From Leptonemataceae bacterium (lineage in GTDB: Bacteria > Spirochaetota > Leptospiria > Leptospirales > Leptonemataceae), in the NCBI GenBank assembly GCA_965227295.1, contig OZ245742.1, forward strand, positions 3,552,001-3,616,000: DNA of 64,000 bases. The letters run 5' to 3'. The notes under the pieces were generated by a model that saw nothing but the letters and a program-made list of their open reading frames with translations, had not been told where the DNA came from and did not search any database. A program made the translations under genes and the position numbers. Of this stretch, positions 58,521-64,000 are shown in pieces. Numbering within the stretch: position 1 is the stretch's first letter; every line of letters starts with the position of its first letter.

Positions 58521-59420
58521 ATGCGAAAATATCTAACACCGGTCGCGCTTGCGGCGATCCTTACAATTCCGCTGCTCGAAATCGACGCGCGTCGGAGCCC
58601 TCCGCCCCCGCCGCCGGCTACGAACCCGTCGAGCAATGTCTACAATCTGCTCCTGCACGGCCGTTCCAGTGAGGACCACTGTGTTCCGGTTTCCGGCGTG
58701 AACAGCGCCACAAACGACAAGAACGGCTATTGGAGCGATGCCAATCTTTCCGGACTCTCCAATGTTCGCTACATCGGCTTCGTCGGCACGCGGAACGGCG
58801 GCGCCTACAGCTGGGAGAACTGCGGAGCGCAGCGTCAGTTGCACGATGCCCTGCGGACCTTCTGCACCGGCGGCAAAAAATGCAATCTTTACACGCACTC
58901 CACGGGCGGGCTCGTGGCCGCGTACTACTTCTATCGCAGCGGCCGCAGCGGTCTGAACATCCTGGATGTCCGTCTCATGGCGAACGCATCCGGCGGCTCT
59001 GAGCTCGCGGACATCTCGTCGCGCTACCTGCGCTGGCTCGGATTTACGCCGGCTTACGTGCGCAATCTCGACGAAAGCGTAAGCACGAGCGGCGCGCGGA
59101 CCTGGAACCACAACGACACCGCCGGTCTTACGCTGGATCTGACCTCCGGCCAGGGCTCCGACTATCTCAAGCTCACGTCTCCCTTTCTGCCGGGCATTGA
59201 CGACGGCGTACTTGCAAACCACACGCTCTGCGGCGTGAACCGGGTCACGAAAGTGGATCGTTCCTGCCCGAACGGCAGCGGTTCATTCAGTGAGTCCTAT
59301 CGCTGCGGATTCCTGTGGCTGAAGAAATGCCACCGCACGCACCATCGCTGGAGCGGGTACAACACCGTGCTTATGCGGAAGAAAGACACGCACGGCGATG
59401 CGAAAGAGCATTACCGTTAA
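58521..59420 (+). CDS. Secreted alpha/beta hydrolase (lipase-like), basic paralog
   Basis: Signal peptide, poly-Pro, LLHG, HSTGG nucleophile elbow, GGSELAD, DDGV, DTHG. Confidence 0.75.
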   Translation: MRKYLTPVALAAILTIPLLEIDARRSPPPPPPATNPSSNVYNLLLHGRSSEDHCVPVSGVNSATNDKNGYWSDANLSGLSNVRYIGFVGTRNGGAYSWENCGAQRQLHDALRTFCTGGKKCNLYTHSTGGLVAAYYFYRSGRSGLNILDVRLMANASGGSELADISSRYLRWLGFTPAYVRNLDESVSTSGARTWNHNDTAGLTLDLTSGQGSDYLKLTSPFLPGIDDGVLANHTLCGVNRVTKVDRSCPNGSGSFSESYRCGFLWLKKCHRTHHRWSGYNTVLMRKKDTHGDAKEHYR

Positions 59421-59431
59421 AGAGTTTTTTC

Positions 59432-59542
59432 ACTCCGAGGACCGAGGTACCGAGTAAAAGAATCCCGAGAGCGAACTTAGCCTGGACGCGTTCCAGCTAC
59501 GTTCTCCCTCCCGGAAGACCTCGGTGGCTCGGTCCTCGGAGT
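59432..59542. repeat. CCGAG-triplet inverted-repeat element
   Basis: actccgaggaccgaggtaccgag ... ctcggtggctcggtcctcggagt. Confidence 0.85.
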
Positions 59543-59684
59543 TGATTCTTCTTCCCTCCGCTAACAATCTCATAACCTTCCCGTTTCTGTTTTCTCCTTG
59601 CAATCGCCGACCGTATTGGTTAGAATTGGCAAGATACTCTATAAACATACAGTAGTATCATCAATATCTATAGGAGAGTTCATT

Positions 59685-60575
59685 ATGCGAAGAGTACTAC
59701 CTCTTGCTATCATTGCCGTATTCGCAGCCGGTGTTGCCACCGAGGTAACTGCGAACAAAACCCCGCCGCCGCCTCCGAGCACCAGCAGCAGCCCGGTCTA
59801 CAATCTGCTCATACACGGTCGTTCCAGTGAAGATCACTGCGTACCGGTCAGCGGCGTAAACAGCGCCACGTCCGACAAGAACGGCTACTGGAGCGACGCG
59901 AACCTTTCGGGTCTTTCCAACGTGCGTTACATCGGCTTCATCGGCACGCGCAACGGCGGCGCCTACAGCTGGGAGAACTGCGGCGCGCAGCGTCAGTTTC
60001 ATAACGCCCTGCAAACGTTCTGCACCGGCGGCAACCAGTGCAAAATCTACACGCACTCGACCGGTGGTCTGGTCGCCGCTTATTACTTCTACAACAGCGG
60101 CGCAAGCGGTCTGAACATCCTGGACGTGCGCCTCATGGCCAACGCCTCGGGTGGATCGGAACTGGCCGACATTTCTTCGGACTATCTTTCATGGCTGGGC
60201 TTTACGCCGGCATACGTGAAGAACCTGGATGAGAGCGTCAGCACCAGCGGCGCGCGCACCTGGAACCACAACGACACGGCCGGTCTCACGCTGGACCTTA
60301 CGTCCGGCGAGTCTTCGGATTATCTCGGCGTAACGTCTCCGTTCCTGCCGGGCCACGACGACGGCGTGCTCGCAAACCACACGCTGTGCGGTGTCAACAA
60401 AGTCGCTGACGTGGATCGTTCCTGCCCGAACGGCAGTGGCTCATTCACCGAATCCTACGGCTGCGGTTTTCTCTGGCTGTCCACGTGCTCGAAGACGCAC
60501 CATCGCTGGAGCGGGTACAACACCGTGCTCATGCGGAGCGGCGACACGCACGGAGATGCGAAAGAGCATTACTGA
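59685..60575 (+). CDS. Secreted alpha/beta hydrolase (lipase-like), neutral paralog
   Basis: AGGAG RBS; signal peptide; about 31 substitutions relative to 58521-59420 over the mature domain. Confidence 0.75.
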   Translation: MRRVLPLAIIAVFAAGVATEVTANKTPPPPPSTSSSPVYNLLIHGRSSEDHCVPVSGVNSATSDKNGYWSDANLSGLSNVRYIGFIGTRNGGAYSWENCGAQRQFHNALQTFCTGGNQCKIYTHSTGGLVAAYYFYNSGASGLNILDVRLMANASGGSELADISSDYLSWLGFTPAYVKNLDESVSTSGARTWNHNDTAGLTLDLTSGESSDYLGVTSPFLPGHDDGVLANHTLCGVNKVADVDRSCPNGSGSFTESYGCGFLWLSTCSKTHHRWSGYNTVLMRSGDTHGDAKEHY

Positions 60576-60601
60576 TCGTTGAGATCCTGAGAAAGTAAAC
60601 G

Positions 60602-60645
60602 ACTCCGAGGATCAAGGTACAACTGGGTACCTCGGTCCTCGGAGT
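60602..60645. repeat. Short CCGAG inverted-repeat element
   Basis: actccgaggatcaaggtac-aactgg-gtacctcggtcctcggagt. Confidence 0.8.
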
Positions 60646-60693
60646 TCATCTTAAAGTGATTTACGTCGCCCGCCGCCGAACTACATTGCGGCG

Positions 60694-61656
60694 ATGCGTC
60701 CTCGAATCTTCCTGCCGTTCCTGATCCTCGCATCCCTCCACTGCGCGCTTATGTACTCCGATCGCGGCAAGTGGCTCAACCCCGCGTTCATTCCACATAC
60801 CGGCAAACACGGCGCCTTCGCCGAAGTCCTCATGTCGTACGAAAGCCGGGCCTCCTGGGTTCCCTGGAATACTACGGCGGTGAGCCGGAACTATCAAACG
60901 ACCATCTGGATGACTCCGTTGCGCGCGACGGGTGCTAAACCACAACTCGGCGAACGTTACGCCCTGGCGCAGTACGACGGCTGGACCTTGAATACCTCGC
61001 TCTACGCCGCGCACTCGGCTCTGAGCCAGGGCGATGCCGACTTCCTCGTGGCTCTGCGCGGCACGGATGATTCGCCGGGCGGAGAGCAGCGCGAGGTTGT
61101 TTTTATTCCGCTCACGGCATCGGTGGAGGATGCGGCTTTACCGGTCGACCCCTCGTTTACTCACCAGGCCGCCGCGGGCGAGTACCTTCTCGCGGCGATT
61201 CCAGCCCCGGGACAGCCGGTCATTGCGGTCTTTCTCACGCGTTCCACGCTCGATGATCGCGAGGGCAAGCTCCTCCTCGATTTTCGCGAACTGAACGATC
61301 ACGGGACGGAGAGCATTCGCCGCCTGGAGATAGACTGGGAAGGCGATCCCGGAATGCCGGATGTGGCCTGGTCCCGGGACGGGCGGCGCATCTTCCTGAA
61401 ATTGTACCGGAACATCGTGGTCGTGGAGCTGAACGCCGGCGGGGCCCGACCGGCGCGGAGCTTTCCGCAGTGCTTCTATCCGACGGCCTCGGGCAAAGAC
61501 ATCAGCGACGACGGCTGGCAGCTCCTCCGTGGCGGCTATGACCCGGGCGAGCCCGAAGCGGTCCGCTACAATCTGGCGCGCGTGGACGGATGGCGGTCCT
61601 TTGAAAAGGTTGCGATGATATCCGACGTCGATCAAATCGGTTATGGCTGCCGATAG
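60694..61656 (+). CDS. Hypothetical lipoprotein
   Basis: Signal ending LASLHC; VAWSRDG is beta-propeller-like. Confidence 0.6.
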   Translation: MRPRIFLPFLILASLHCALMYSDRGKWLNPAFIPHTGKHGAFAEVLMSYESRASWVPWNTTAVSRNYQTTIWMTPLRATGAKPQLGERYALAQYDGWTLNTSLYAAHSALSQGDADFLVALRGTDDSPGGEQREVVFIPLTASVEDAALPVDPSFTHQAAAGEYLLAAIPAPGQPVIAVFLTRSTLDDREGKLLLDFRELNDHGTESIRRLEIDWEGDPGMPDVAWSRDGRRIFLKLYRNIVVVELNAGGARPARSFPQCFYPTASGKDISDDGWQLLRGGYDPGEPEAVRYNLARVDGWRSFEKVAMISDVDQIGYGCR

Positions 61657-62086
61657 CGAAGATCGCTACGCACAGCTTTCGGGCAACCTGCGCCGGGATC
61701 TGGGGGTGGAGCATCGCTATGATCCGCCGATCGTGCTTGCTCCGGACCCCTCCCTGGAAGCCGGGGCCCGTCGGGCCTTCACGGCCATGCTGCCGCATCC
61801 TCCCAACGGGGACGCGGAAGATCAGGCCTTCTTCTACAAATTGAAAGATGGCCGCATCGCCGCTTACTTTAATCGCTGCACGCATGTCTCCATTCCGATG
61901 GACTTCGATGATGGGGAATTCCTGGACAGAGACGGCTTCATCATTTGTCGTCTGCATGGGGCTCGCTACGAACTCGAAACCGGACTGCGCTGTCTGGGCC
62001 CGGCGCCCACAAATCTTACCCGCATTGTCTGTGAAGAAGGCGACGACGGTCGTCTAATCGTCTACGGTTGGGAAAAGGTCCGCTGA
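61643..62086 (+). CDS. Rieske [2Fe-2S] ferredoxin
   Basis: NRCTH ... ICRLHGARY.LETG.C..GPA. Confidence 0.88.
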   Translation: MAADSEDRYAQLSGNLRRDLGVEHRYDPPIVLAPDPSLEAGARRAFTAMLPHPPNGDAEDQAFFYKLKDGRIAAYFNRCTHVSIPMDFDDGEFLDRDGFIICRLHGARYELETGLRCLGPAPTNLTRIVCEEGDDGRLIVYGWEKVR

Positions 62087-62104
62087 AGTCGGACGGAGGA
62101 TTGT

Positions 62105-64000
62105 ATGATTTTATCCGGAGAAAACGCCGCTCTACTCGAAGAAATCTACGCGCGCTTCCTGGAGGATCCGCGCTCGGTAGAGCCGGAGTGGGCCCGTTAC
62201 TTCAGCGAACTGGAAACCGGCAACGGGGCCGCGGCGCCTTCCACGGGAAACGGTCGCCGGCCGGCGATGATGCCGCAGCCGGGCTCCGCCTCCGACGCGG
62301 GCTATGCGCAGCAGGTGTCCGTGCGCAATCTCATTGCTTCGTACCGGCGATTCGGTCATCTCGCCGCGAACCTCGACCCGCTGGGCCTTGCGGAACGTCA
62401 GCGGGACCTCTTGCAACTTTCCCTCTACGGCCTGGATGAGGGGGATCGTAACTCCAGCTTCGTCACCGACGTGCAAACATTACGTTCGGCAAAGTTAAAG
62501 GACATTATCGATCATTACGAACGATCCTACTGCGGCACCATCGGCTTTGAATTCGAGTACATTCGCAATACCGAGGAGCGTGACTGGTTGGAGCGCACCG
62601 TGGAGTCGGCCGAATTCTGGGAGCCGCTGGAAACCGGAGTGAAACTGCGCCTCTTCGAGAAACTCTTCCAGGCGGAGTACTTCGAGAAATTTCTGGCGCA
62701 GAAGTACGTCGGTAAGAAGCGATTCTCCATCGAAGGCGTCGAGTCCATGATCCCGTTGATGGATACGATGATCGAAGAAGCCGGGGCCCAGGAAATCGAG
62801 GGGATCGTCATCGGCATGGCGCACCGCGGTCGATTGAACGTGCTCGTAAACATCATGGAGAAACCGGCCGGGGTGATCTTCGCGGAGTTCGAAGAAAAGT
62901 ACAATCCCGAGACCATGGACTACGCCGATGTGAAGTACCACCTCGGCCACTCATTCCCGAAAATGACGCGCTCCCAGAACGAGGTCCATCTTTCGTTAGC
63001 TTTTAATCCGTCGCACTTAGAAGCCGTGGATCCGGTGGTCATGGGTTCCGTGCGCGCCCGTCAGGCCCTGCGTGGAGATTACGAGCGCCGTCGGGTCATG
63101 CCTGTCATGATCCACGGTGACGCCGCGTTCATGGGGCAGGGCGTCGTCGCTGAAACGCTGAACCTGTGCAATCTCGACGGCTATACGGTCGGCGGGTCTT
63201 TTCACATCATCGCCAACAACCAGATCGGTTTTACGACGCTGCCGCCGGAGTCACGTTCCACGGAGTACGCCTCGGATCTCGCCAAGGGCTTCCAGATACC
63301 GATCTTCCACGTGAACGCCGACGATCCGGAGGCGGTTTTCCGGGCGACGCGCCTGGCCATGGACTATCGCGCGCGTTTTCAGAAAGACGTCATCGTGGAC
63401 CTCATCGGCTATCGTCGCCTGGGCCACAACGAAACCGACGAGCCGGCCTTCACCCAGCCGCTCATGTACGATACGATCAAGAAACATAAGACGTCCGCTA
63501 AGATCTACGAAGAAAAACTTACGGCAGACACGGACGTGGCCGACGAGGACCTGGAGTTCATCATCAACGGATCGAAGTCCGGACTGGAGGCCTCGTTTCA
63601 GCGCGCCCGGGAACGCGATACGAAGATGCGGGTCGATACCATGCGCGGTCGCTGGGCGGATTTTTCCATGGAGTCCCTGGATTCGCAGCCGCAGACGAAG
63701 CTTCTGGCCGAACAACTGGAACGGGTCTACCGGACTCTCTCCACGGTACCGGACGACTTCCATCTGCATTCGAAGCTGAAGCGACTCCTGGACAACCGGC
63801 AGAAGATGTGGTCCGGCGAGACTTTGATCGATTGGGGGTTCGCCGAGGCCCTGGCTTACGGCTCCATCCTGGAAAACGGCTTCAACATTCGCATGTCCGG
63901 CCAGGACGCGAAACGCGGCACGTTCTCTCATCGGCACGCGGTCTTCGTGGATACGGAGGATGGCCACGAGTACGTGCAATTGAATCACATCTCGGACAAC
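62105..64000 (+). CDS. sucA: 2-oxoglutarate dehydrogenase E1 (3'-truncated by window edge)
   Basis: Not in the ORF track. GGAGGA RBS, then MILSGEN..; YRRFGHLAANLDPLG, KRFSIEG, GMAHRGRLN, DVKYHLG, NPSHLE, HGDAAF, NNQIGFTT. Confidence 0.96.
   Translation, partial: MILSGENAALLEEIYARFLEDPRSVEPEWARYFSELETGNGAAAPSTGNGRRPAMMPQPGSASDAGYAQQVSVRNLIASYRRFGHLAANLDPLGLAERQRDLLQLSLYGLDEGDRNSSFVTDVQTLRSAKLKDIIDHYERSYCGTIGFEFEYIRNTEERDWLERTVESAEFWEPLETGVKLRLFEKLFQAEYFEKFLAQKYVGKKRFSIEGVESMIPLMDTMIEEAGAQEIEGIVIGMAHRGRLNVLVNIMEKPAGVIFAEFEEKYNPETMDYADVKYHLGHSFPKMTRSQNEVHLSLAFNPSHLEAVDPVVMGSVRARQALRGDYERRRVMPVMIHGDAAFMGQGVVAETLNLCNLDGYTVGGSFHIIANNQIGFTTLPPESRSTEYASDLAKGFQIPIFHVNADDPEAVFRATRLAMDYRARFQKDVIVDLIGYRRLGHNETDEPAFTQPLMYDTIKKHKTSAKIYEEKLTADTDVADEDLEFIINGSKSGLEASFQRARERDTKMRVDTMRGRWADFSMESLDSQPQTKLLAEQLERVYRTLSTVPDDFHLHSKLKRLLDNRQKMWSGETLIDWGFAEALAYGSILENGFNIRMSGQDAKRGTFSHRHAVFVDTEDGHEYVQLNHISDN

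Noticed and set aside
59432..60645. Integron attC cassette array
   Set aside because: The palindromes lack clear RYYYAAC/GTTRRRY ends, the same family occurs beside housekeeping genes, and there is no integrase.
62068..63988. Several short ORFs at the window end
   Set aside because: They overlap the sucA frame starting at 62105, which the track omits because it has no stop inside the window.

Overview
GC-rich chromosomal segment of a spirochaete, most likely order Leptospirales. The evidence is an FcpA-like flagellar sheath protein, the FapA-cheR-yicC-gmk-miaA-hfq block, a long FliD and spirochaete-type hypotheticals. It runs from the 3' part of atpC to the 5' part of sucA and is mostly housekeeping, flagellar/chemotaxis and lipoprotein genes. 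I saw no rRNA, tRNA, CRISPR array, transposase, integrase or prophage. The unexplained structure is mainly non-coding. (1) A ~320-335 bp repeat forms two tandem arrays (9140-9670, about 1.6 units; 40534-41392, about 2.6 units). Both lie between convergent genes, start and stop at about the same phase, and show conserved blocks, variable windows and a hairpin with compensatory changes. (2) A family of intergenic inverted-repeat elements built of C[AC]GAG triplets has 6 complete copies and 2 solo arms. Three copies carry a GTAG-led core, and one encodes the likely signal peptide of the FcpA-like gene. (3) A hairpin-rich element lies at 20688-20922. Protein-level points of interest are tandem secreted hydrolases that differ mainly in charge, an acidic protein with five LSxDEL motifs, a KKKA-repeat histone H1-like protein, a GNAT/deacetylase pair and a 29-aa bS22-like ORF missing from the ORF track. 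All family assignments come from motif recognition by eye; no database searches were run.
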